From: an uncultured Thermoplasmata archaeon
GTDB lineage: Archaea > Thermoplasmatota > Thermoplasmata > RBG-16-68-12
Length of the DNA: 64,000 nucleotides
Assembly (NCBI GenBank): GCA_963768855.1
Contig: CAVYJM010000006.1
Coordinates: 32,001 to 96,000, forward strand
Direction: 5' to 3'
Part shown: positions 7,959-17,493 of the stretch, in pieces
Layout of the letters: the number at the start of each line of letters is the position of its first letter
Numbering within the stretch: the stretch's first letter is position 1
Position numbers and translations under genes: made by a program
The notes under the pieces: generated by a model
Told to the model about the DNA's origin: nothing
The model's database searches: none
The model's input: the letters and a program-made list of their open reading frames with translations, nothing else

Positions 7959-10387
7959 CTAAAACTCCTTCCAGTCGTGTTCCGGCTCGCCCTTCGCTAC
8001 GAAGGCGGCTGCCGGGACGGCCATGCCATTGCGGCCGCTCGAAGTGCGCCCTCCGTTGGACTTGGGAGCCGCCGCGGCGATGGGCTTCCTGGCCTGGGCG
8101 CCTTGAGCCGGGCGCTTGGCCGGCGCGGGCTTCTCCGCGGAGGCCGCTTCCTCGTCGATCTCGAAGGCGGACATCTTCTCGTACATGCCCTGCGCTTCGT
8201 CCTGGAGGGTCCGGCTCGCGGCAGCGCTTTCCTCGACAAGGGCGCCGTTCTGCTGCGTCATCTGATCCATCTGCGTAACGGCTCTGTTGATCTCCTCAAC
8301 GCCGGCCGCTTGCTCTTTGCTTGCCGCCGCGATCTCCGCCACGATGTCGGCGACGCGGTTGATGGAGGTGACGATCTCGCCAAGCGAGGACGCCGGCATT
8401 ACCGACGAGCTTGACGCCTTCCTTGACCTGGCGTCCGCTCTCGCCGATCAAGCCCTTGATGTCTTTCGCCGCAACCGAGGTCCGCTGTGCGAGCGAGCGC
8501 ACTTCGGAGGCAACCACGGTGAAGCCCTTGCCGGCATCGCCCGCTCGCGCCGCTTCGACCGCGGCGTTGAGCGCCAGGAGGTTCGTCTGGAAGGCGATCT
8601 CGTCGATCACGCTGATGATCTCCGAAATCTTGTCGGAGGACCGCTCGATGCGCTCCATCGCTTCCACGGCTCTGCTGACGACCGAGCCGCCGTCCGTCGC
8701 AACGGAGCGGGCGTTGACGGCAAGCTGATTGGCCTGCTGCGCATTGTCGGCGTTCTGCTTCACGGTGGCGGCCATCTCCTCCATGGACGCGGCGGTTTCC
8801 TCCAGGTTGGAGGCTTGCTGCTCGGTCCTCTGGGCGAGGTCGTTGGTCCCGCTTGCAATTTCGGCGGCGGCTGAGGACACGGTCGCCGAGGACTGCATCA
8901 TCATTCCAACCACGCCCGACATCGTATCGAGAAGGCCGTTCACGCCGGTGCACAGTTTCTCGATGTCGCCTGTCTTGCCCTCCATCGGGATGCGCTGGGT
9001 GAGGTTGTTTTGCTGTGCCGCTTCGACTGCCTCCTGGGTCTGCTGCACCGCCTGCTGCAGCTCTGCCTGTGCCCGCAGCTCGGCTTCCTTCTGCACCGTG
9101 ATGTCGGTCGCGTATTTGATGACCTTATAGGGGGTGCCATTTACATCGAAGATCGGGTTATAGCTCGCCTGCAGCCATACCTCGCGGCCTCCCTTGGCGA
9201 TACGCTTGTATTGGCCCGCATCGAACTCGCCGCGCCCGAGCTTGTCCCAGAACTGGCGATATTCGGGCGAGTTCCTGAAGGAATGCCTCCGCGAACATGC
9301 TATGGTGCTTGCCCTTGATCTCATTCAAGGAATAGCCCATGGCGCTGAGGAAATTCTCGTTCGCGGTAATAATGGTGCCGTCGAGCTTGAATTCGATGAC
9401 CGCCTGCGTCCTGTGGATCGCGTCGATCTCGCCCTTCGCCTTGACGTTCGCTTCCTCAAGCTCAAGCTCGGCCAGCTTCTGCGCTGTGATGTCGGTCGCG
9501 TACTTGATGACCTTGTAAGGCTTGCCGTTTCCATCGAAGATGGGATTGTAGCTCGCCTGAAGCCAAACCTCGCGGCCGCCCCTGGCGATGCGCTTGTATT
9601 GGCCGGCATCGAACTCGCCGCGGCCGAGCTTGTCCCAGAACATGCGGTATTCGGGCGAATTCCTGAAGGAAGGCTCCACGAACATGCTGTGGTGCTGACC
9701 ACCGATCTCGTTCAGGGTGTATCCCAGGGAATGGAGGAAATTCTCGTTCGCTGTAATAATGGTGCCGTCGAGCTTGAACTCGATGACGGCTTGCGCCCTG
9801 TCGATGGCGTCGATCACGCCCTTGGCATTGGTGGTGAGTTCGCGCAGCTCGGTGACATCGTGCCACTCGAAAACGTTGCCGTTATAGACGCCGTTCGCGT
9901 CGTAGGTCGCGCTCGCGCAAAGAGCGAAGGTCAGCGGACCCAAATGAATGTCGGCGCGGTGCGGGAGGTTGGAGGGATCGGCAAGAATTCGGCGCTGCTT
10001 GGAAGGGTCTTTGTGGAAGACATCGATGCAGACGCCGATCAAATTATCGGGGTCGAAATCCCGGGTCAGCTTCTGGAAATGCTCGCGGTGCTTTTTCAAA
10101 AGGGCCGTGGCTGCCTCGTTTGCATAGGTGATCTTGAGGTCCCGGTCGATTAGCATGGTCGGGCTCGACGCGACATCGAGGGCCCTGCGCAGCTGCTCGT
10201 TGAACTGGCGCGTTTTGGCGTCCGCCGAGCCGTTTTGTGCGGCCTTTGCCGCGGGCTTGCGCACTGGAGCTTTCGCCGGGCTGCCTTGCGCGGCCTTTGC
10301 CGCGGGTTTGCGCACTGGAGCGTCTGGCGAGCCGGTTTGCGCGGCCTTGGTCTGTGGCTTGCGCGCTTTTGGTGCAGATTGAGACAT
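7959..10387 (-). CDS. Cytoplasmic multi-PAS chemoreceptor (Aer2-like haem PAS + two PAS/PAC + HAMP-like region + MA domain + C-terminal pentapeptide); two apparent +1 frameshifts (~9286, ~8391)
   Basis: ORFs 9158-10387, 8296-9324 and 7959-8399 join into one MCP. Motifs: IDVFHKDP...EWHDVT; two near-identical [17 protein letters not shown]...YNPIFD PAS repeats; [18 protein letters not shown]; ends DWKEF. Confidence 0.92.
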
Positions 10388-10490
10388 GTTCGGTCCTTTG
10401 TTTCTTTAGCGCTAGGTTTTCGGAGTACTGCGGTACAATTATCAGGTGTCAGGTCTTGTCTTTGTTGTTCTGAAGGATGTCAGACCGCAG

Positions 10491-11039
10491 TCATGCAGCT
10501 TGCTGCACCTCGCTCAACTGCGAGGCAGACTCGCCGCGCCCGCGCGCAAGCAACTCATCGAGGGCCAGGATCACCACCATGGTTTCGTTGACGGGGATGA
10601 TGCCCGAGAGGAAATCCGCCGAATGGCCGCATTCGGCCTCGGGAACGGGGCAGATCTGGCTGCTGTCGATGGTGAGGATGTCCGACACCGCATCGACCAG
10701 GAGGCCCGCCATGCGGTCCTGCGCGGCCACGATGATGATGGCGTGCGAGCGGGAGGCCTCGGTGAGCCCCATGCCGAACCGGCAGCGCAGATCGTAGACC
10801 GGGACGATGATCCCGCGCAGGTTCATCACGCCCAGGATGTAGTCCGGCTGGTTCGGCAGCGGCGTCGTGTCCGTCCACCCTTTGATTTCGCGGACGGCCA
10901 TGATGTCGATGGCGTAACCTTCTTCGCCGATCTTGAAACTGATGAACTGCTTGATGCCGCCGTTTTTTGCTGTAACCAGCCCTGCTGGCGGCGCTTCCGC
11001 GGATTGAACCGCTAGAGTTGTTGTCATTGCTGTCTCCAT
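10491..11039 (-). CDS. cheW: Chemotaxis coupling protein
   Basis: FISFKIGEEGYAIDIMAVREI, ILGVMNLRGIIVPVYDLRCRF, GLLVDAVSDIL. Confidence 0.95.
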   Translation of the reverse strand: METAMTTTLAVQSAEAPPAGLVTAKNGGIKQFISFKIGEEGYAIDIMAVREIKGWTDTTPLPNQPDYILGVMNLRGIIVPVYDLRCRFGMGLTEASRSHAIIIVAAQDRMAGLLVDAVSDILTIDSSQICPVPEAECGHSADFLSGIIPVNETMVVILALDELLARGRGESASQLSEVQQAA

Positions 11040-11049
11040 CCGGGATTAA

Positions 11050-13200
11050 TTAGGCTGACGCGTGGACTTCCTCTGCCGTGGGTGCACGCGCTCTTTTTGA
11101 ATAGCTTCTGGACTTGCCTGGCATCGGCCCGTCATCCGCCGGCGCGGCGGCTTCGGGCACGGGCTCGCACACGGTTTCCTCCGCCCACTGCCGCTCCGGC
11201 AGTCTGCAAAGCCCGTCAAGATCGAGTATGAGCGCCACCCGGCCATCGCCCAGGATGGTTGCGCCCGAGATGCCGCGGACGGCATCGAAGTTTTCCAAGA
11301 GGCTTTTGACCACGACTTGCTGCTGGCCGATCAGTTCGTCGACGACGAGCCCCGCCTTGGAGCCGTTCTCGCTTTCGATGACCACCACCAGGGCTTTCCA
11401 CGGGTCGGGAACCTTGCCCTGAACATTCAGGACGCGATGCAGCGAAATGAGGCGGATGTATTCGCCGCGGATCGCCGCGACCTTGGTTCCGCCCGAAAGG
11501 GTGCGGACCTGGTTCTTGTCGGGGCGGATGCTCTCAACGATGCTGCTGAGGGGAAGGATATATTTCTCCTCGCCGGCCGCGACGAGCATCCCGTCCAGCA
11601 CCGCCAGCGTGAGCGGGATCACCAGCGTGAAGCGCGTGCCTTTTCCGGGCGCCGTTTGGATTTGGATGCGGCCGCCGATATTGGTGATGTTGCGCCGGAC
11701 GACATCCATGCCGACGCCGCGCCCAGAGATTTCGGTGACCTTTTCCGCCGTCGAAAAGCCTGGAGCGAAAAGCAGATTGTAAACTTCGTCGTCGCTGAGC
11801 TTCTGGTCCTCGCGGACGATGCCCTTGGCGATGGCGCTCCTGAGCACCTTCGCGCGGTCGATGCCCGCGCCGTCGTCGGCGATGGTGATGAGGATATTGC
11901 TGGCGCGCTGCGACGCGGAAAGCTCGATGGTCGCTTCCTCGGGCTTGCCGGCGGCGCGCCTTACCTCATCGTCCTCGATGCCATGGTCGATGGCATTACG
12001 GATCATGTGCGTAATAGGGTCCGCAAGCTCCTCGATGACGGTCTTGTCCACCTCGGTTTGATCGCCGGAGGTGACGAGCCGCACTTTCTTGCCAAGCTTC
12101 GATGAAATATCGCGGACCAGCCGCGGCATGCGCGCGAACACGGAGCGGACCGGCTGCATGCGGATCGCCATCACGCATTCCTGCAATTGCCTGGTCTGGG
12201 CCGCCAGCTCCTCGCTGCCCTTGCTCCATTGATGACGCTGCCCGCCGCCGCTCTCGGAGAGTTGCTGCGCGAGCATGGCTTGCGTGATGACGAGTTCGCC
12301 AACCATGTTCACGAGCCGGTCGACGCGCGCCAAATCGACCCTGATGGATGTCGAGCCCTTGGACGCGGGGATGCCGCCGCCATGCAGATCGGGGTTGGCA
12401 GGGTCTGGCGCGGCTGCCCCTTTCTCGTGCCCGCTTGCGGCTTCGTGCTTGACGCCCGCCTCTTCTATTTGGAGGAGGCATTCCTCATCGACGAACTCAA
12501 ATACCTCGGCCACGGCGGATTTGGGTGCCTTCGTGGTGAGGTGAAAGACGAAAGACAGGTAAGCGGCCTCGGGATCGAGATGGGTCAAGTCGGGCAATTT
12601 GGATGTGTCGCATTCGACCTGCAGCTTGCCCAAGTGCTTGAGCTCCCGGATGAGCAAAAGCGGCTCGTTTGCGTGGCGGAAAAGCTCGCGGTGCGGCTCG
12701 AAGACGATCCGGTAGGTATGAGTGCGTTCCGCGGCTTCGCGATGAGCCTTCGCCGGAGCGCTTCCGGCCGGCGTCTCCGGCGTGCCAAGCAGCTCATGAA
12801 GCTCCGACATGACGCTGTCGCCGAAATCGGAAGGCAGGGCGCGCGAGGACCGCGCGGCGTCCACCAGCTCCGCCAAAAGGTCCGCGCCGCGCACGACCGC
12901 ACTGAAAACCTGCGCGTTCCGCTGAATGCGATTGCTGCGCAGCCGGTCCAGCAACGCCTCGAAGACATGCGCGAACTTTACAAGCTGGGTGAAATTGAAT
13001 GCCGCGGCGCCCGCCTTGATCGAATGGACCACGCGGAAAACCGCATTCAAACCCTCGCTGTCGATGTTTCCCGCCTGCAAGGAAGGCAGGCGCTCTTCGA
13101 GATCCTGCAGAAGTTCGGTGCACTCCTCGAAAAATGTCGCTTGGAAGCGCTCCGTATCGGCTAACGTCGGTGCAGTGGCGGACATGTTGGCGGCTTTCAA
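11050..13200 (-). CDS. cheA: Chemotaxis histidine kinase
   Basis: Hpt FRVVHSIK, IRVDLARVDRLVNMVGELVI, HMIRNAIDHG, DDGAG, GFSTA...SGRGVGMDVV, C-terminal CheW-like domain. Confidence 0.97.
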   Translation of the reverse strand: MKAANMSATAPTLADTERFQATFFEECTELLQDLEERLPSLQAGNIDSEGLNAVFRVVHSIKAGAAAFNFTQLVKFAHVFEALLDRLRSNRIQRNAQVFSAVVRGADLLAELVDAARSSRALPSDFGDSVMSELHELLGTPETPAGSAPAKAHREAAERTHTYRIVFEPHRELFRHANEPLLLIRELKHLGKLQVECDTSKLPDLTHLDPEAAYLSFVFHLTTKAPKSAVAEVFEFVDEECLLQIEEAGVKHEAASGHEKGAAAPDPANPDLHGGGIPASKGSTSIRVDLARVDRLVNMVGELVITQAMLAQQLSESGGGQRHQWSKGSEELAAQTRQLQECVMAIRMQPVRSVFARMPRLVRDISSKLGKKVRLVTSGDQTEVDKTVIEELADPITHMIRNAIDHGIEDDEVRRAAGKPEEATIELSASQRASNILITIADDGAGIDRAKVLRSAIAKGIVREDQKLSDDEVYNLLFAPGFSTAEKVTEISGRGVGMDVVRRNITNIGGRIQIQTAPGKGTRFTLVIPLTLAVLDGMLVAAGEEKYILPLSSIVESIRPDKNQVRTLSGGTKVAAIRGEYIRLISLHRVLNVQGKVPDPWKALVVVIESENGSKAGLVVDELIGQQQVVVKSLLENFDAVRGISGATILGDGRVALILDLDGLCRLPERQWAEETVCEPVPEAAAPADDGPMPGKSRSYSKRARAPTAEEVHASA

Positions 13201-13206
13201 TGGATT

Positions 13207-13572
13207 TTAGGGGCAGACCTTGTTGACGACCTGAAGCAGCTTGTCGGGCGCGAAAGGCTTGACGATCCAGCCGGTGGCGCCGGCCTGCTTGCCCGCCTGC
13301 TTCTTGTCGTCGCCGCCCTCGGTGGTCAGGATCAGTATCGGAATGGCTTTGAATTTCGCCTGCGCGCGGAGCTGCTTGACCAGCGTGACGCCGTCCATGT
13401 TCGGCATGTTGATGTCGGTGATGATCGCGTCGACGCTCGTCTTGCCAAGCAGGGCGAGCGCCTTGACGCCGTCCTCGGCTTCGAAGACTTCGAAGCCCGC
13501 GCCCTTCAGCGTGAAGGCAACCATGTCCCGCATGGTCTTCGAATCGTCGACGGTCAGTATCCGCTTAGCCAT
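13207..13572 (-). CDS. cheY: Single-domain chemotaxis response regulator
   Basis: ILTVDDS, ITDINMPNMDG, LILTTE, GWIVKPF; directly upstream of cheA. Confidence 0.93.
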   Translation of the reverse strand: MAKRILTVDDSKTMRDMVAFTLKGAGFEVFEAEDGVKALALLGKTSVDAIITDINMPNMDGVTLVKQLRAQAKFKAIPILILTTEGGDDKKQAGKQAGATGWIVKPFAPDKLLQVVNKVCP

Positions 13573-13873
13573 TCGCCGCTCTCCACTCGCTTAACTGGTT
13601 TGGAAGGCCGAGGCTCTCGAACGCTTCCTGCAGGGCCGGCGAAGGACTGGTAAGAATGAGCTTGCCGCCGCTGGCTAGCGCGCTTTGCGAGGCCGCAAGC
13701 AGAACTTGCACGCCCGGCGTCGATACCTGGTTGATTTTGGAGCCGTTCAGCCGCAGCACGGGGCTTTGCTCAAGGGCGCCCGCGAGGCTGTCCTGCAGTT
13801 CCTGCACATTACCGATATCCAGAATCGCCGGTAGCGTGAGCGCCTTGGCCCGCTGCCGTGGTGCCGCCTTCAT
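13565..13873 (-). CDS. STAS domain protein (CheS/anti-anti-sigma-like), first gene of the che operon
   Basis: LTLPAILDI...LRLNGSKINQVSTPGVQVLLAA...SPALQEAFESLGL is a STAS_2 pattern; overlaps the cheY start. Confidence 0.85.
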   Translation of the reverse strand: MKAAPRQRAKALTLPAILDIGNVQELQDSLAGALEQSPVLRLNGSKINQVSTPGVQVLLAASQSALASGGKLILTSPSPALQEAFESLGLPNQLSEWRAANG

Positions 13874-14151
13874 GCCGAAGCCTCATTGCTTGCAATATTC
13901 CGCCAGCCGCAGGCAGATGGTATGCCATCCGCACTTGCAACCTTCAGTATATGTAGCGGGCAATGTTTAACCGCAGGTTTCGGTGGAAACTAAAGGACTT
14001 GGCATACGCACGGTTTCTCAAGCCCGGATCAAGGCACGCCAGTCAAATCAGCAAAATGTGCGAGGCGTCACGGCTTTACTTCGGAGGGGACCGTAAATAT
14101 TACTCGGCGTTAACCATTTGGCGCGGCCGAAATAGCACGCTTGGCTGGCCG

Positions 14152-14502
14152 TCAAGGCCGGGCTGGCGGCGGTGGGATATCACCGTGGCGGCGTGGAATC
14201 AGATGGACATGGGCGTGCAGGATCTTCTGCCCCGCTGCTTCGCCGATATTCGAGCCAAAATTAAATCCCGCGACGCTTGGATCGAGCCGCTCGATCTCTT
14301 GGCGGCATTGCTGGGCAATCGCGTGGATGGCCTCTCGTTCTTCTTCGCTGGCCGCGAAAATATCGGTGACATGCCGCTTGGGGATTATGAGAGTGTGGAG
14401 CGGCTTAATGGGAAACTTGTCGCGAACCGCAAACGCCAGCCGGTTTTCCGCGATAACTGTTAGCGCCCGGAAGTCGCAGAATGTGCAATCACGCTGGGGC
14501 AT
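14152..14502 (-). CDS. HIT family nucleotide hydrolase
   Basis: CTFC N-terminus, PIKPLHTLIIPKRH, GFNFGSNIGEAAGQKILHAHVHLIPR (HxHxH triad). Confidence 0.92.
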   Translation of the reverse strand: MPQRDCTFCDFRALTVIAENRLAFAVRDKFPIKPLHTLIIPKRHVTDIFAASEEEREAIHAIAQQCRQEIERLDPSVAGFNFGSNIGEAAGQKILHAHVHLIPRRHGDIPPPPARP

Positions 14503-14733
14503 CTTGGCTGCTCCCTATCTCCAAAAGCCGGCAGCGGCGCCAGGCCGCTGAAATGAGAATTACTCAAACCGTGCCGGTCTGTATAGAGGTAGGCGATATT
14601 GAAGGGTGTGGGGCGCATGTTTGGAAGGATGCTCGCCGTATGCGCGGCGCTGTTTTTCGGGCTCGGCCCGGCGTAGCCCGGCCGGGTGGCGCTCGTCATC
14701 GGCCAGAACGCCGCCTATTGCCGCGGCGCAAAT

Positions 14734-15081
14734 TTAGCAATCGTTGGCTGCGAGTTCTGCGCGGCAGGCCTCGTAGAGTAATGGCAGGTCGTGCCTGACC
14801 ACGTGCCAAAGCACATCGTAGGCAACGCGTTCGTAATCGTGCCGGATGATGTTGCCGATACCTGCCACTTTCGGCCAGGGGATTTGCGGGTGGCGCTGCT
14901 TGAGACCGGCGTCGAGATGGCGGCTTGCTTCGGAAATAATCTCGATACCGCGTTCAACCAGCCAGCGTTTGCGCATATCGGTTGCGAAGGCTTGGAGAGT
15001 AACCTCAGCCATTTCGCCATCGATGAGCTCGATAGCGTCCACGATATCGGCCAAGCGAAGATTTTGAGACCGTTCGCCCAT
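14734..15081 (-). CDS. HEPN (DUF86) toxin
   Basis: VERGIEIISEASRHL...IPWPKVAGIGNIIRHDY...LWHVV; start overlaps the MNT stop (TGATG). Confidence 0.9.
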   Translation of the reverse strand: MGERSQNLRLADIVDAIELIDGEMAEVTLQAFATDMRKRWLVERGIEIISEASRHLDAGLKQRHPQIPWPKVAGIGNIIRHDYERVAYDVLWHVVRHDLPLLYEACRAELAANDC

Positions 15082-15374
15082 CAGAATATCTGGAGGGCCG
15101 AGGCTTCTATACGCTGTTTCAGCCGCGGATGCAGGCTGCGGCGCGTCATGATATCGGTTTTGCAACCCAGAAAACGCGCCGCGGCGGCCTTAACGTCCAT
15201 CAATTGAAAGAGCCCAAGAGACCCTTCCGGATGATCGAAAAACAGGTCCACGTCCGAGTCCTCGCGGGCCTCGCCGCGCACCGTGGAGCCGAACAGGTAC
15301 AGATGCTCGACGCCCAGCTGTTTAAGGTCGGGCTCGTGCTGCTTCAATCGTGAAATGACTTCGTCGCGCGTCAT
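15081..15374 (-). CDS. MNT antitoxin
   Basis: MTRDEVISRL...LFGSTVRGEAREDSDVDL (GSx10DxD)...SLHPRLKQRIEASALQIF. Confidence 0.92.
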   Translation of the reverse strand: MTRDEVISRLKQHEPDLKQLGVEHLYLFGSTVRGEAREDSDVDLFFDHPEGSLGLFQLMDVKAAAARFLGCKTDIMTRRSLHPRLKQRIEASALQIF

Positions 15375-15406
15375 GACTAACTTTAGCATGATCGCGGGCC
15401 GTTTTG

Positions 15407-16607
15407 CTACGGGGCGGATGCGCCGGCTTCGGCGAGCGCCGCGAAGCCGCGTTCGAGGTCGCGCTTCAGGTCTCCCACGTCCTCCAGGCCGATGTGCAGG
15501 CGCAGCGCGGGGCCTTCCGCCTTCCAAGCGGTGGCGGTGCGCGCGGCGGTGCAGTCGAACGGCACGATAAGGCTCTCGAACCCGCCCCAGGAATAGCCCA
15601 TGCCGAAGATTTCGAGCGCGTTCAGCATGCGCTGGACGGCCTGCTTCGAGCACGGCCTCAGGATGATCGAGAACAGGCCGGCCGCGCCCTTGAAGTCGCG
15701 TTTCCAAAGCTCGTGGCCGGGAGCGCCGGGCAACGCAGGATGCAGGACTTCCGCGACCTCCGGCCGGGCGCGCAGCCACGCCGCGATATCGAGCCCCGAC
15801 CGCCAATGCCGCTCCAGGCGCACCGCCAGCGTCCGCAAGCCGCGCAGCGCCAGGAAGCAATCCTCGCCATTGGCGCACAGCCCGTATGCCTCATGCGTCG
15901 AGGCGATGGCCGCCGCGGCCGGCTCGTCGCAGATGATGGCGCCGAGCAGCGCGTCGGCGTGGCCCACGATGTATTTCGTGCACGACTGGATCGAGATGTT
16001 CACCCCGTGCTCGAAGGCCGGGAAATAAAGCGGCGTGCCCCAGGTGTTGTCGATGGCCACGGGCACGCCCTTAGCCCGGGCCGCCTTGCAGATCGCGGGG
16101 ATGTCCTGGACCTCGAAGGTTTGCGAGCCGGGCAATTCCGTGAGGACCAGCTTTGTGTTGGCGCGAAGAAGCGCGGCGATGCCAGCGCCGGCCAGCGGAT
16201 CGTAATATTCGACCTCAACGCCCATCCGCTTGAGCACGCGCCCTGCAAAGCGCCGCGTCGGATAATAGACGCTATCGGCGATCAGCATATGGCCGCCGGC
16301 TTCGGCGAAGGTCAGCAGCGTTGTCGAAATGGCGCTGAGCCCGGAGGGCGTGAGAAAGGTCCGCGCGCCCCCTTCGAGTGTTGCGAGCGCCGTTTCGAGC
16401 GCGCGCGTGGTGGGATTCGACGGGCGGCCATAGGTATACTCGACCTCGCGCGAACTCGAGCGTTTCCGCATCGGGGAACAGCACGGTCGAGCCCCGGAAC
16501 ACGGGCGTGTTGACGAACCCATGATAGGCGCTGGGCTTGCGGCCGAGCCGCGTCAGCGCTGTTTCAACATCGAAGCCGCCCGCGTCTGCCTTGTCATCGC
16601 TTCCCAT
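15407..16607 (-). CDS. metC: Cystathionine beta-lyase, apparent +1 frameshift near 16455
   Basis: VNTPVFRGSTVLF then YTYGRPSNPT, PSGLSAIS, IDNTW, QSCTKYIVGHAD (PLP lysine), MGYSWGGFESL, LRLHIGLED. Confidence 0.93.
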
Positions 16608-16806
16608 GCCCGGCCTTCCAAAAGAATCGTGTTTGCGTTGCGGTGCATGATACCGGTCTTGGATTGGCCGTGCACCCCTGCTTTCGCCTTTGCCGCGCCA
16701 GCCAGCCGGCCGGTTTCATCCACAGTTGCCGGCGATTGCCGTTTGCCGCGCCCCAGCTTGCCGCTTATGCTTGGCTTTCCCGCGGAAATAGCAGAGAGAG
16801 GGAGCG

Positions 16807-17274
16807 ATGGACCCGGACTTGGTGCGCGAGCAGGCCGAAGCCGAACGCGAAGCCTTGGCGCTGCTACGGAAAAAGCCGGCTGGGCCTGCGCCTGCAAATG
16901 CTGCCTCTATTCCGTATGCGATCCTGGCAGACGCCGTTCAAGACGCAGCGCCGCCTCCGCATGAAGAACCGGCGGCCATCCCCGCCATGACGGCGCTTCA
17001 GGCGCCTGCCGCCGCCTTGCCAGACGCGCAGCCGCCTGAGCCGCAAGCAGCGCCTGCTCCCCGGCGCGAGGGGCTTTCCATGGCGGCACGGCTTGGGCGG
17101 TTCATTTCGTTCGGCCTTGCCGGCGCAATGCTCGGCGGCGGGCTTGGCATCGTGGCGGCGAACTACATGCAGCTTCCGGCGGATTTGGCGAAGCTCGCGA
17201 TCTTCGGCCCCGCCGCAGTTCTTGCGGGGGCCTGCGCCATCGCGTCTCTCTTTGCGGAGGCGTCTTACGAATAG
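16807..17274 (+). CDS. Hypothetical membrane protein (Pro/Ala-rich N-terminus, two C-terminal transmembrane segments)
   Basis: 155 aa ORF fills the metC-gltA gap, has a GGGAG RBS, and two hydrophobic segments (FISFGLAGAMLGGGLGIVAA; LAIFGPAAVLAGACAIASLF). Confidence 0.65.
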   Translation: MDPDLVREQAEAEREALALLRKKPAGPAPANAASIPYAILADAVQDAAPPPHEEPAAIPAMTALQAPAAALPDAQPPEPQAAPAPRREGLSMAARLGRFISFGLAGAMLGGGLGIVAANYMQLPADLAKLAIFGPAAVLAGACAIASLFAEASYE

Positions 17275-17328
17275 TGGCAGGCGCGAGGATGCGGGAACCT
17301 TACACCAAGCCGCAGTATGCGTGGCTTA

Positions 17329-17483
17329 CCCCTCACCCTGTCCCTCTCCCGGCAAGCTCGCCTTGGCGAGCTTGCAACTCAACGTGGCCGCATCCGCAAG
17401 CGGATGCGGCGGGGAGAGGGGACGCCTTCTCAACGGGCACACCTTCCCCTCTCCCCTCGCGGGAGAGGGCTGGGGTGAGGGGG
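17329..17483. repeat. REP-like palindromic element, family A, with nested hairpin cassette
   Basis: cccctcaccctgtccctctccc...gggagagggctggggtgaggggg; lies between convergent genes. Confidence 0.9.
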
Positions 17484-17493
17484 CTTTTTCCTG

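Noticed and set aside
13963-14463. 166-aa plus-strand ORF upstream of the che operon
   Set aside because: It overlaps the HIT gene in antisense and the che promoter region, and has no recognisable motif or RBS.
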